A DNA stretch of 64,000 bases, taken from the IMG/VR virus record IMGVR_UViG_3300049216_000035, positions 10,542 through 74,541 of that record; one strand, written 5' to 3'. Below are positions 9,622 through 18,945 of this stretch, piece after piece. The position numbers and the translations under genes are program-made. Numbering within the stretch: the first letter of the stretch is position 1; the number at the start of each line of letters is the position of its first letter. The DNA is from a virus. A model generated the notes under the pieces. That model did no database searches. It was not told the origin of the DNA and saw only the letters and a list, made by a program, of their open reading frames with translations.

Positions 9622-10563
9622 CTAGCCTTTTTGTTGTATGAGTTTTGCGGTTTGTACGATCTGTTCGTATGTCATCGCGTTTGGGTCTTTGGGTCCCACT
9701 GGGTACTCGGCCGCGACTGTCTTACAGCCGCCTTCGAGTAGCTTGGAACGAACGATAGCTTGGGCTGAGGTGCCCGCCTCGTCGTTATCAAGCATAAGCA
9801 CAACCAGTGAGGGTTGCTTGCGAACGAGTTCCGCTACTTGACCTGAGTGTATGTCTTTTCCGCCGAGCGCGCAGGCCGAGAACTTCTCGAAGTGTGCGAT
9901 CCGAAAAACTTGGTCGAGGGTCATCGCGTCTATCTCGCCCTCAGTCAACCATACCACATTCTGTGGCCTCACAAGGTTGAGTCCGAAGAGAGTCTTGCTA
10001 AGATCAGCACCGGGAGTGAACAAGTAACGTTTCTCATCCACGTTCCGCTTTTTGATCGCTACGAGATTTCCCGAACGGTCGAACCACGGGATCGTGATTG
10101 AGTTTGACTGCTTGTCGAATCCGATGTCAAATCTTCGCAGTGTGTCTTCGTTCAGTCCACGCTCGTAGAGATAGGGGTGTCTCCACGCATACTCTTCGAG
10201 GACAGACTTATCCGGCGGCGGACTCTTGGGAGCGCGCTCCGGGACTCCATCTTCTTCGACTCGAAGTCTAATTTTCCTGCAAAACTGGAGTATCTTCACT
10301 AGCGGCCAGCCAGTTAACTGGACTAGATACGTTGTGAAGTCTCCCTTCGCCCCGCACACGAAACAGCGAAACACACCGGGCTTGTCTTGCACATTCATCG
10401 AGAAGTTGGGCTTACCCGTGTCGTTGTGAAAGATGCACGGCATGACCGCTTCTTTCTCGGACGCCCAGTAGTCTACGTCAAGCGAATCGAGAGCTACGAG
10501 AACCATGTCCCCCGACAACATGCGCTCGATCTTCTCCTCCGCGCCAGCCGATGATGGTCGCAT
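9622..10563 (-). CDS. dnaG: DNA primase
   Basis: CHC2 zinc finger (CIFHND...CFVC) and TOPRIM motifs (TEGEIDA, LDND). Confidence 0.92.
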   Translation of the reverse strand: MRPSSAGAEEKIERMLSGDMVLVALDSLDVDYWASEKEAVMPCIFHNDTGKPNFSMNVQDKPGVFRCFVCGAKGDFTTYLVQLTGWPLVKILQFCRKIRLRVEEDGVPERAPKSPPPDKSVLEEYAWRHPYLYERGLNEDTLRRFDIGFDKQSNSITIPWFDRSGNLVAIKKRNVDEKRYLFTPGADLSKTLFGLNLVRPQNVVWLTEGEIDAMTLDQVFRIAHFEKFSACALGGKDIHSGQVAELVRKQPSLVVLMLDNDEAGTSAQAIVRSKLLEGGCKTVAAEYPVGPKDPNAMTYEQIVQTAKLIQQKG

Positions 10564-11876
10564 CAGAACACGCTCGACGGATCGCGTTCGATCAGTTGCT
10601 CTTGGACTTGATAAAGCACCGCTTGCACAACCTGATCGACTTCCTGATCGCCGTCGATCCGAACGTCCTCTTCGAAACGTCCACGGTCGATGTCGTGCCG
10701 CACGGAGATGAATCGCCCGCTCGGGCCGTTGCGGTTCTTGCGAACACCCATCAGCAGTTGCCCACCGACGCGCGCGAGTCCGATGGCGCGGTTCGCATAC
10801 TGCTCGACGGAGCCAGACTCAGCCATGTGGTGCAGCGACGGAATGATGTCTTCGACCACGACCGCATCGCGGCGACGTGGCTGCTCGCTCGAACGATTCG
10901 CTTGGTGCGCGAGCCGGATCGGAATACCCGTCTCGACCGAGATGTCTTTTAGCTCGGCCATGACATTGATAATCCGCTTGCGGATGTCTTTGTCTTGGCG
11001 AACTGGCTCGATCAGCATCAGACCGTCGATGCATACGACGCCCGGCTGCTCGTGGCGAATGATCTGCATTACGTCAGCCGTGGTGAACTGCCGACCAATA
11101 GTGGACGGCTCGTAGAACAAGATCGGTTCGCCTTCGCTCGCATGCTTCATCGCTCGTGATCGGAACGCCTCAATCTCTTCGGAGTCCATGTCACCGCTAA
11201 AGAGGTCCATCGAACTGACATGCGTGACGTAGCTCGCGTAACGAGTTCCGACTTCGAATCGATCCATCTCTGGGCTGATAAAGGCAACCTTGACGCCAGC
11301 GCGTGAAGCGGCCAGCGCACCCCACAGTAAAACAAAAGACTTACCGATACCCGGACGTGCGAAGTAAACCTCGATCTCTCCTGGCTGTGTTCCCTTGCAT
11401 ACATCGTCCAGTAGGTCAAAGCCAAGGGTAACGCCCGTAATGCCAGATGCTTTCCGGCGTCGTTCAATCTCGTCAATAATCGGTTGGGCATCGCGTAAGT
11501 CTCCACTACTGCTGATCGCGCCGCCCATGTACGCAAGCATGTCGCGCGTCGCGTCACTCAGCGAAAGAATCGCTTCGCGCGGGTTCGTATCGCACTGTGC
11601 CTTGATCGTTTCGAGATGCAGCGCGATCTTCGCTTCGATGAGGTCTTGCTCGACTTCATCGCGTAGCCAGTGCGCGGTGACACCCGTGTCTGAAAACTCG
11701 AAGCCGGGGAACTGCTCTACGAACGTCTCGCGGTTGGGGTACTGGCCGTTCTGTTGGTGATAGGTCTTGAGAAAGTCCCATTCATCTTCGAACGACTTGA
11801 AGTATTCGTCGCGCAGATCGCGTGGCGCAATCTCCTGCGCGATCACGAGACGAGAGAGAAGTTCGGCGACTCTCAA
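10563..11876 (-). CDS. dnaB: Replicative DNA helicase
   Basis: ARPGIGKS, SPEM, CIDG, HQANR, AESGSVEQYA, KNRNG. Confidence 0.93.
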   Translation of the reverse strand: MRVAELLSRLVIAQEIAPRDLRDEYFKSFEDEWDFLKTYHQQNGQYPNRETFVEQFPGFEFSDTGVTAHWLRDEVEQDLIEAKIALHLETIKAQCDTNPREAILSLSDATRDMLAYMGGAISSSGDLRDAQPIIDEIERRRKASGITGVTLGFDLLDDVCKGTQPGEIEVYFARPGIGKSFVLLWGALAASRAGVKVAFISPEMDRFEVGTRYASYVTHVSSMDLFSGDMDSEEIEAFRSRAMKHASEGEPILFYEPSTIGRQFTTADVMQIIRHEQPGVVCIDGLMLIEPVRQDKDIRKRIINVMAELKDISVETGIPIRLAHQANRSSEQPRRRDAVVVEDIIPSLHHMAESGSVEQYANRAIGLARVGGQLLMGVRKNRNGPSGRFISVRHDIDRGRFEEDVRIDGDQEVDQVVQAVLYQVQEQLIERDPSSVF

Positions 11877-12397
11877 AGTGAAATGTACTTTCCTGTCTTG
11901 AGGACTTCGGCAAGGTTGTCAGGGATCGTTGCCGTAGGCGAGAGCGTAACCACCGTCATCTTACGGTTATTGCGTCGCGTTCGAAGAAGGCTCGCGATGT
12001 TGTCCTCGGGCGGCAGGTCGCCAATCTCGGTGAGCGTGAGGTATCGACATGCCTCCATTACGATATTGAAGTCGTCGTCCTCATCGCTGCGCCGGATCGC
12101 GACCTTGTAGCGAGTCATCGCCAAGCCCGCTTCGCTCATGTAGAAATGCAGATCGTCGGGCAGCGCGAGTTGTACGGACTGGGCTAGGTGGTAGCGCGCG
12201 AGATACGCCGCCGCGCCTGTGCGCTCGATTTCCGAGCCACCCGAAATGGTGAGCAGTGTCGTCGGCGTCGTCAGCCACGCCTTATCAAGTGCGGGCTCGA
12301 CGGCCAACTTAGCGGACTGGGAAACGGGAAGCGTGGGGATTTGACACACACGATGCCAGTCTTCAAGTTCAGTGGGCGTGAGTCTAATGCTGTTCAC
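11873..12397 (-). CDS. Degenerate DnaC/IstB-like helicase loader
   Basis: Lies between initiator and dnaB; relic Walker A (ISGGSEIERT), relic Walker B (LTLTEIG), 'R.NNRKMTVVT'. Confidence 0.55.
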   Translation of the reverse strand: MNSIRLTPTELEDWHRVCQIPTLPVSQSAKLAVEPALDKAWLTTPTTLLTISGGSEIERTGAAAYLARYHLAQSVQLALPDDLHFYMSEAGLAMTRYKVAIRRSDEDDDFNIVMEACRYLTLTEIGDLPPEDNIASLLRTRRNNRKMTVVTLSPTATIPDNLAEVLKTGKYISL

Positions 12398-13187
12398 TGA
12401 AAATCTCGCTCACCGTCCGCCCCTTCGGTTTCTTGTTCTTGAACTTCCAAGTTGGAGCGAAATGCTCGACGCGGTATGAAGTGCAGGGCCCATCCCAACT
12501 GGGCCAAGGATGCTCCTGAAAGTTACGGAACGCGGCTTCAACAAGTTCGATGCCTTCAGCGCCGGGGAACTGTCTGGCTAGGAGGAGCCAGCGTTCGCGA
12601 TCCCTGGCTGTACGCCCGAGTGTAACACCATTCAAGGCATCAAGGCGGTCAGCCATAGCTTCCGCATCAGGAGTCAGTGCCGTGCGCTTCTCTTTCTGCT
12701 TTTCAAGTTTAGCCGCAATCCCGGTTGAAAGACCGTCACGTTTTACCGTAGCTTTTCCTGACACTCGTGGTTGAATATCGTCGTCTTCCGAGACTCGCTT
12801 TACTCCAGTAATCTTCAAATCGGCTGTTCCTGTATCTGTTCTTTCTCTGTTATATGTATAGGGGTCCGCCACGGCGGACTTTTCAGTCCGCGACGGCGGA
12901 CTTTCTGGTCCGTCTAGGCGGACTCCAGTCCGCGACGGCGGACTCCCGTCGAAGTCCGAAAAGATGAAGTATCGGCCTGGTCCGTTTCGCTCGATCCAGC
13001 TTTCCTCACGCAAGAACTTCAAAGCGTCGAAGATCGCGGTCTGCTTCAGTCCAGTGTATTCTTCCAGTGTCTCGATAGTGGGCCACGCCTCCCCATTTCC
13101 GTTCGCGCATGCAGAAAGAGCCGTGAACACCTTCAGTGGGGTGCCCGGCATCTTTGCGGCGGAGAGGGGAATCTTACCAAACCTCAT
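12384..13187 (-). CDS. Replication initiator (N-terminal winged HTH)
   Basis: AWPTIETLEEYTGLKQTAIFDALKFLREESWI; contains internal iterons. Confidence 0.8.
   Translation of the reverse strand: MRFGKIPLSAAKMPGTPLKVFTALSACANGNGEAWPTIETLEEYTGLKQTAIFDALKFLREESWIERNGPGRYFIFSDFDGSPPSRTGVRLDGPESPPSRTEKSAVADPYTYNRERTDTGTADLKITGVKRVSEDDDIQPRVSGKATVKRDGLSTGIAAKLEKQKEKRTALTPDAEAMADRLDALNGVTLGRTARDRERWLLLARQFPGAEGIELVEAAFRNFQEHPWPSWDGPCTSYRVEHFAPTWKFKNKKPKGRTVSEIFSEQH
12810..12944. promoter_or_regulatory. Probable replication origin: four iterons plus an AT-rich flank
   Basis: GTCCG-N7-CGGACT at 12864, 12886, 12908 and 12928; AT-rich tract at ~12810-12860. Confidence 0.8.
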
Positions 13188-13190
13188 CTA

Positions 13191-13230
13191 GTCTTATTTC
13201 GTCTTATCAAGTCTTATCTCGTCTTACTCC
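13191..13230. repeat. Four GTCTTA direct repeats at 10-bp period
   Basis: gtcttatttc gtcttatcaa gtcttatctc gtcttactcc, immediately upstream of the initiator ATG. Confidence 0.85.
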
Positions 13231-13417
13231 CTCAGATAGCACGAAAGGGGAGGCTTGTTTTTTCGCCTTCCCCCTTTCGCTACTGAGCGTCGATCACAAT
13301 CGCTACTTACCCGAAACCACAGCCCTTGACGTTTAGTTAGAGTGTGAAGTAAGTATTGTGGGAGTGATCCACGATAGCAGTATACACCCGCCGTCAAGAT
13401 AGAGTTGCACTAGACTT

Positions 13418-13675
13418 ATGTTCATCTCCGAAATTACGTTCTCTCTCGGAAACTCCATGCCACTGGAGGTTATCACACGGCACCCCGATGATCGGTACGC
13501 CAGTGTGAAACCCCACGCTAGCGCGAAGGTCTGCTTCGATCCCCACGAGTGCGATCCCGAAACCGAAGCTGGTCAAGCCCTCATCAATCAGGCTTTTGAC
13601 AATCTCTTCGGGATCGTATTGTCCAAGGTCGTCCAGTTCAAGCACGAGTTCGAAGAGTTCGCCAAACCCACCTAG
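13418..13675 (+). CDS. Hypothetical protein
   Basis: 85-aa ORF divergent from the replication module. Confidence 0.55.
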   Translation: MFISEITFSLGNSMPLEVITRHPDDRYASVKPHASAKVCFDPHECDPETEAGQALINQAFDNLFGIVLSKVVQFKHEFEEFAKPT

Positions 13676-14174
13676 TCTGCTATACTAGGGGAACCGCCCC
13701 AACTCGAACTATAGTTAGGATCATTAGAGTATGTCCGCAACAGGTGGAAGCATCAGTGGTGGCCCGTACCGGGTAGACGTTACGCCGCAGGTACCGACGT
13801 TCTATGCGCTGCCGGACGCCAAAGCCCCGGACGCCACCGCGTCTAGCGCCCCGTTCACCCTCGTCGGTGATACGTCCACGGCGCAGATCGAAGTGACTCA
13901 GGGCTGGCCGCACGTCCGCCCGAATGAGTCCCCGGCTCGCGTAGTTACCCCGGTCTAAACCCGGACCAAAGCGGTGGAACGACACCCTCAGTGGCGGCTG
14001 CTGGACATCGTTCTGGCATCCGTCGCTGTTGCATCCGCGATGACAATCATCCAGATCGAGCAGCGTCCGCACAACTGGCGGGAGATGAACTTTTGGGGCG
14101 TCCGTGATCGTGGTCGCTGCCGTCGGTGCGGGGTCGCCCCAAAGGATCACGACGGACTCCCACGGCCCTGTTTA

Positions 14175-14256
14175 GAACTTTCGGCAAAGGTCGAGCAAGA
14201 CTTGGACTAGATTCGGAACTTTTGGTGAGAGTCCGGCAGGACTTAGACCAGAGTCG
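14175..14256. repeat. Imperfect 41-bp tandem repeat
   Basis: gaactttcggcaaaggtcgagcaagacttggactagattcg / gaacttttggtgagagtccggcaggacttagaccagagtcg (30/41 identical). Confidence 0.7.
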
Positions 14257-14340
14257 GCGAATAGAGACACAGCGGGTCCCCGCCTGTTAAAAGGTCACGA
14301 CGTGAAAGCGTTCGTGGCCTTCTCTATTTTCTGAGGTTCA

Positions 14341-15987
14341 ATGGTCAGTATTCACCGAGAAGGCGACGTAGCCAGGATCGATACAGACGGTCTAAGCCCC
14401 GCCATGCGTACCGTGCTAGTTGGGCTTGCCCAGTTAGACTGGGAGCGTCGGCAGTTCATCATGCCCGCGACCCGACTGCCTCGGTTTGTACGCCAGTTCG
14501 GGCGCTCTGCGTTCGACTTGTCTGCGTTTCAGGACATCGAGGAGCTTCGACCGTACTGGGTCCCGCACATCGCTGAGGGCTTCGCGCCGTACCTCCCGAC
14601 CTACACCGCGATCAATGACCCCATCTACGCGGGAACGGATCGAGATTTCCAGGCGGTCGGCTCGACCTTTCTGATCGATCACGAAGCCTGCATCCTCGGG
14701 GACGAGCAAGGGCTCGGGAAGACCAAGCAATTCATCGACGCCGTTATGTACGTTGCCCCGCGCGAAGCCCATAGGCCCGGCTACGATCCCGTCTATCAGG
14801 TCTTGGTAATTACGCGCAAGAGCGTGGTAGATGTCTGGCTTGACGAAATCGCGCGCTTCGCGCCGTCCGCCTATATCGGAGACTTCTCCAGCGCCGCCAA
14901 GATCGCAGAAACTCCCACGACCGACGACCCGGTGCAGTTCTACGTCACGACGTTTGAAACGATGTCTGCCTACAGCGAGATGTTCGGGAACTTCGGCTTC
15001 GATTGGGTGTGCATCGACGAAGGCCACAAGATTAAGTCCAATCCGATGGTTAAGCAGGCTGCGGTCGCGATTAACGTCCACGACATCTGGGCACCTCGTC
15101 GCACGATCCTGACGGCTTCGCCCATGACGCTCGGGCCGGAAGATGCGTGGAACCTGTTCCACTGGTTGGAAATCGACACGCGCCCGTGGGAGCAGTTCAA
15201 GTCCGAGACGATCAAGATTGATCTTGAAAAGTCGAGCAAGAATCGATTCAGCGTAGACTACATCCCGGCCGGGCTCGACACGATCCGCGAGATGTTCGAG
15301 AAGTACATGCTCCGTCGCCTGAAAGCCGATGTAGTCAACCTACCGGGTAAGATTCCACGCACAGTCGATTACGTCTTAAACGCAGAAGAGACGGCGCGTT
15401 ATCTCCAGGCCGAGCAAGAACTTCTATACCTCGCGCATGAAAAGTACGGCGGCGACGTTCGTAAGATTCCGAACGATCACGTTCTGGTTTTGAGACTTAG
15501 GCAGATCACATCTGCGGCTAAAGTTTTAGTTGCTAAAGCAATCGCAGAAACTCACGCTCTCTCTGCGAAACTGATAATATATTCACAGTACCGCGACGTG
15601 ATCGATGACCTTGCTCGCGAACTGAAGCCGCTTAATCCCGTGGTCCTCACTGGGTCAACCACCAAGCGCCGCGAGGTCGTTAATACGTTTCAGTCCGAGG
15701 ACTGGTGTCGTGTCTTCATCGGATCGACTCCCGCATGTCGCGAGGGGATCACGTTGACTGCCGCTACGCACGTCGTCTTCGTGGAAAAAGAGTGGTCCCC
15801 TAAGTACACCGAGCAGGCCATCGACCGGGCTCACCGGATCGGGCAGACCGATCCCGTGACCGTCTGGACGATCAATACGCTGATCGAGGACGCGCAGGGA
15901 CACCGTAGACCCACCATTGACCTCGGCGTCGAGTTAAACGCCAAACGTAAACAGAGAAACATCCAGAGGGTTTTAGCTAGTGCCTAA
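14341..15987 (+). CDS. SNF2-family helicase/ATPase
   Basis: GDEQGLGKT, IDEGH, TASP, MLRRLK, EGITLTAA, QAIDRAHRIGQ. Confidence 0.93.
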   Translation: MVSIHREGDVARIDTDGLSPAMRTVLVGLAQLDWERRQFIMPATRLPRFVRQFGRSAFDLSAFQDIEELRPYWVPHIAEGFAPYLPTYTAINDPIYAGTDRDFQAVGSTFLIDHEACILGDEQGLGKTKQFIDAVMYVAPREAHRPGYDPVYQVLVITRKSVVDVWLDEIARFAPSAYIGDFSSAAKIAETPTTDDPVQFYVTTFETMSAYSEMFGNFGFDWVCIDEGHKIKSNPMVKQAAVAINVHDIWAPRRTILTASPMTLGPEDAWNLFHWLEIDTRPWEQFKSETIKIDLEKSSKNRFSVDYIPAGLDTIREMFEKYMLRRLKADVVNLPGKIPRTVDYVLNAEETARYLQAEQELLYLAHEKYGGDVRKIPNDHVLVLRLRQITSAAKVLVAKAIAETHALSAKLIIYSQYRDVIDDLARELKPLNPVVLTGSTTKRREVVNTFQSEDWCRVFIGSTPACREGITLTAATHVVFVEKEWSPKYTEQAIDRAHRIGQTDPVTVWTINTLIEDAQGHRRPTIDLGVELNAKRKQRNIQRVLASA

Positions 15988-16282
15988 CTTTGAAGAGTTG
16001 CAATCCCCGCTCATCAGCATGGAGCAGTTGGCGAAGTATGTAGGACGCCATGTCCAGCTACTTCGACGTTATTTTGCCGAAGGTGCCCTTCCAGAGCCCG
16101 AATATCGGGTCCAGCACAAGCGTAAGCTGATCCGACGTTTCACCCGCGCGGAGGCAGATCGCGTGAAGGCCGTGTTTGATAATGTCGGCTACGGCACCAT
16201 CGCCAAACGCAAGAAGAACGCCGCGCTGACCCGTCGCGAGCCGCTGATCGAGAGCAAGGCCGATGACGCCGGAACTCAGTAG
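15980..16282 (+). CDS. MerR-like HTH DNA-binding protein
   Basis: ISMEQLAKYVGRHVQLLRRYFAEGALPEP...RRFT. Confidence 0.65.
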   Translation: MPNFEELQSPLISMEQLAKYVGRHVQLLRRYFAEGALPEPEYRVQHKRKLIRRFTRAEADRVKAVFDNVGYGTIAKRKKNAALTRREPLIESKADDAGTQ

Positions 16283-16407
16283 CCTTCTGTTTATCGCGAC
16301 GCTCGTCGCGCTTCTCTGCTACAAGCTTGGCTTTTACCACGGTCGGGCTCACGCTACCCAGACTACCGCGCCCAAACGGGACTCCAACGGAAGGTTCACC
16401 AAGAAAA

Positions 16408-16617
16408 ATGTCCGCCGCTAACCCTACCGACAACGAAAAGGCCATCGGTGGCCTTGTAATCGCACTCTGGGCGCTGATCTTCGCGTTCGTCATCCGGCCG
16501 TATTGCTTCTGCCTGGTCATCGGCCACGTTCTCGGCGGGATTCACGTCTCGTACTGGGACGGATTATTGCTCGCGATCCTGGTCGGCGGACCTGTGTCTG
16601 TCTCGAACAAGAAGTGA
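16408..16617 (+). CDS. Small membrane protein
   Basis: Two hydrophobic segments. Confidence 0.5.
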   Translation: MSAANPTDNEKAIGGLVIALWALIFAFVIRPYCFCLVIGHVLGGIHVSYWDGLLLAILVGGPVSVSNKK

Positions 16618-17018
16618 CGGAGCCCGAACTCCGGGGGCTCGCCGCAGAGTGGCGAGAACTCAAAGCAGCCCAGGCCAGACTCTCCGAGAAGGAAGGCCGA
16701 CTCAAGAAAGAGTTAACCAAGGCCCTCGGCGATCAGGCCGCGATCCCCATCGCGATCAGTGATCGGGAGCGTTACGTCTTGAAGCGGGTCGAGCGTGATA
16801 ATCGAAAGCCAGACCTCGTGAGGCTGGCGCAGATCGCACTAAAGAAGGGCGTTCCAAAGGAACAGTTCAGCCTGACCCTTACGGAAGCGGACGCCGTGAC
16901 TCTACTGGAGGACGGAACCCTGGATCGGGCCGACTACGAGGCCGTACTCAAGGGCAACGTCACTTCGTATGTCGAGATGCGCTTGCAAGAAGTCGAATCG
17001 GATGATGGCACCGCGTAG
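16614..17018 (+). CDS. Hypothetical protein
   Basis: GTG start overlapping the previous stop; coiled-coil N-terminus. Confidence 0.6.
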   Translation: MTEPELRGLAAEWRELKAAQARLSEKEGRLKKELTKALGDQAAIPIAISDRERYVLKRVERDNRKPDLVRLAQIALKKGVPKEQFSLTLTEADAVTLLEDGTLDRADYEAVLKGNVTSYVEMRLQEVESDDGTA

Positions 17019-17384
17019 AGCTTACGCGCCCGGTAGCGGGACTCGATAGCGTTGAACGCCTGAGCCTCCGCGATGTCCACGAGCCGAGCCATGCACTCTA
17101 GCTCGACTAGCATGGGCGCGAACCTTCGCAGTGTTCGGATGGTTTTCCGGTAACGATGCGTTCCATACGCGAATTGTATCGAACACCCAAGGAACAACCG
17201 CAACGGTCGCACACAAGTTCGAAACTTCCGTCTGACTTTGGGTTCGTCGTGGCCTGGATGTGTGATTCGTACATTTTGAAAGCCTCCTTACGAGACTCAT
17301 AACAAGACTTGAAAGTCAGTGATTGCACTGAAACCTAGTCTTTAAAACTAGGATTATGAGGAACGTAAAGGAGATGCAACCAAA

Positions 17385-17628
17385 ATGGCTACATTCGTAA
17401 TCCAGGTCCTGGAGCCCGGCAAGAAGAACCGCAAGATGTATGCGGGCGGGGGGTCAATTAACGACCAAGTGGATTCACGCCAAGCAATATCGCGTGACCG
17501 ACCCGCAATCGCAGTTTGAGGTCGATTCCCTCGTCTCGTGGATGAACGATCACAATCCTGACTTCGAGTTTCGAACCAAAGACATCACCGGAACCGGGCA
17601 CGATATGTACCGCAACGAAGCGGCCTAG
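17385..17628 (+). pseudogene. Small gene frameshifted at a G6 tract (or a sequencing indel)
   Basis: MATFVIQVLEPGKKNRKMYAGG joins GQLTTKWIHAKQY...NEAA if one G is removed at 17448-17453; promoter-like motif upstream. Confidence 0.55.
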
Positions 17629-18395
17629 ATCGTCGGGTCGGGAGCGACTGCTTTACGCGGTCGCTTTGCCACTTTCTTTGGCTCAGGACGCACGGGAGAC
17701 TTGCCCAGGGTAGGAATACTCGTAATCTCGTCTACGAAGCCCTCAGCGAGAGCTTCTTCGGCTGAGACGTAGAAGTCTTTGCCGTCCACGAGCTTTTGAT
17801 AATACGAGATGGGGCGACCCGTTCGCGCCGACAGAACCTCGTAAATCTGCTTCTCCAGCTTCTTGGAGAACAACGCATCGCGGAGATGGTTGCTCGTCGC
17901 ATCCGCCGACTTACCGTACTGCGATTCGTGCATCATCATGCCGCCCTGCGGATCGATGGATCGGTGATCGCAGAACTGCACGATGTCGAAGGCGGCCGAC
18001 AGGGCAAACCCCGTGACGTGCGCGTTCACGACGCGGCCTTCTCGCCGCATCCGCGAGATAGCACCGATGACCGCGAGGCCGAGCCCAACGTCGCCGCCGA
18101 CCGACGAGATTTCAAGAGTAATGGGCTTGTCAGGCGGGAGTACGAGGTGAACCCGCTCTAACCGCGCCAGCAGTGAGGAGCCCATCGTTTGGCCGTCGTT
18201 GCTCGGGTCTTCTTCGTCCAGCATACCGACGAACGCGACGATGCCCTTGTCTTCGTTCGAGGGAGTAAACGCTTCTTCTGGTAGAAGCGCCACGAGCTTC
18301 GCCGCGAGCGAACGATCTATGTCGGCGCTCTCAGCCGTCATCGTCTGGATGAACAGGTCGATCAGCTTGGCGCGGGTCGAGAGTTCCTCAGCCAT
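17625..18395 (-). CDS. clpP: ClpP-family serine protease
   Basis: ISSVGGDV, catalytic Ser in GFALSAA, His in MMMHES, 'DFYVSAEEALAEGFVDEI'. Confidence 0.88.
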   Translation of the reverse strand: MAEELSTRAKLIDLFIQTMTAESADIDRSLAAKLVALLPEEAFTPSNEDKGIVAFVGMLDEEDPSNDGQTMGSSLLARLERVHLVLPPDKPITLEISSVGGDVGLGLAVIGAISRMRREGRVVNAHVTGFALSAAFDIVQFCDHRSIDPQGGMMMHESQYGKSADATSNHLRDALFSKKLEKQIYEVLSARTGRPISYYQKLVDGKDFYVSAEEALAEGFVDEITSIPTLGKSPVRPEPKKVAKRPRKAVAPDPTI

Positions 18396-18396
18396 T

Positions 18397-18945
18397 TTAT
18401 GCCGCCATCTCCGTTCTGTCAAAAAGGCTGAACTGCGTTCCGACCGCAATCGTGTGCCGCTTTGCGGAATTACAGCTTATGCACAAGCCTTGAATGTTGT
18501 GGATGAAATTATTGCCTCCGCGCGCAAGCGGAATTATGTGATCGCGTTGTAGCTTTGCTTTCACGCCGCACCGGGCGCAACAGCCATTCTGTGTTGCGAT
18601 GACGGCCTGCCATTCTTGCAACGAATGTGAACCAAAAGCGCCAAGTCGCGCAGCCCGGCGACGCGCACAAATCGCCCGCCATTCATCCGGGTGCGATCTG
18701 ATCCAGGCTTGGTTTCGGGCACGTTCTTTATCGCGATTAGTGGCGTATTCGGCTTTTCGTTTTATCTGATACCTTGACTTATGCTTACGATAGTGTCGGG
18801 CACACTTCGCGCGTGATTGTTCACGAAACGTATCAGTCTTACTGTAGATCGTTCTGCGTCTATGACTATCGCAAGTTTTGCAAAACGCTTCTCCCGCGAG
18901 TTTTATGTGCCCGCATTTTCGTGGATGACCTACGGGTATCATCAC
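18397..18945 (-). CDS. HNH homing endonuclease
   Basis: CARCG...RDHIIPLARGGNNFIHNIQGLCISCN; related to 1906-2388. Confidence 0.87.
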   Translation of the reverse strand: MMIPVGHPRKCGHIKLAGEAFCKTCDSHRRRTIYSKTDTFREQSRAKCARHYRKHKSRYQIKRKAEYATNRDKERARNQAWIRSHPDEWRAICARRRAARLGAFGSHSLQEWQAVIATQNGCCARCGVKAKLQRDHIIPLARGGNNFIHNIQGLCISCNSAKRHTIAVGTQFSLFDRTEMAA

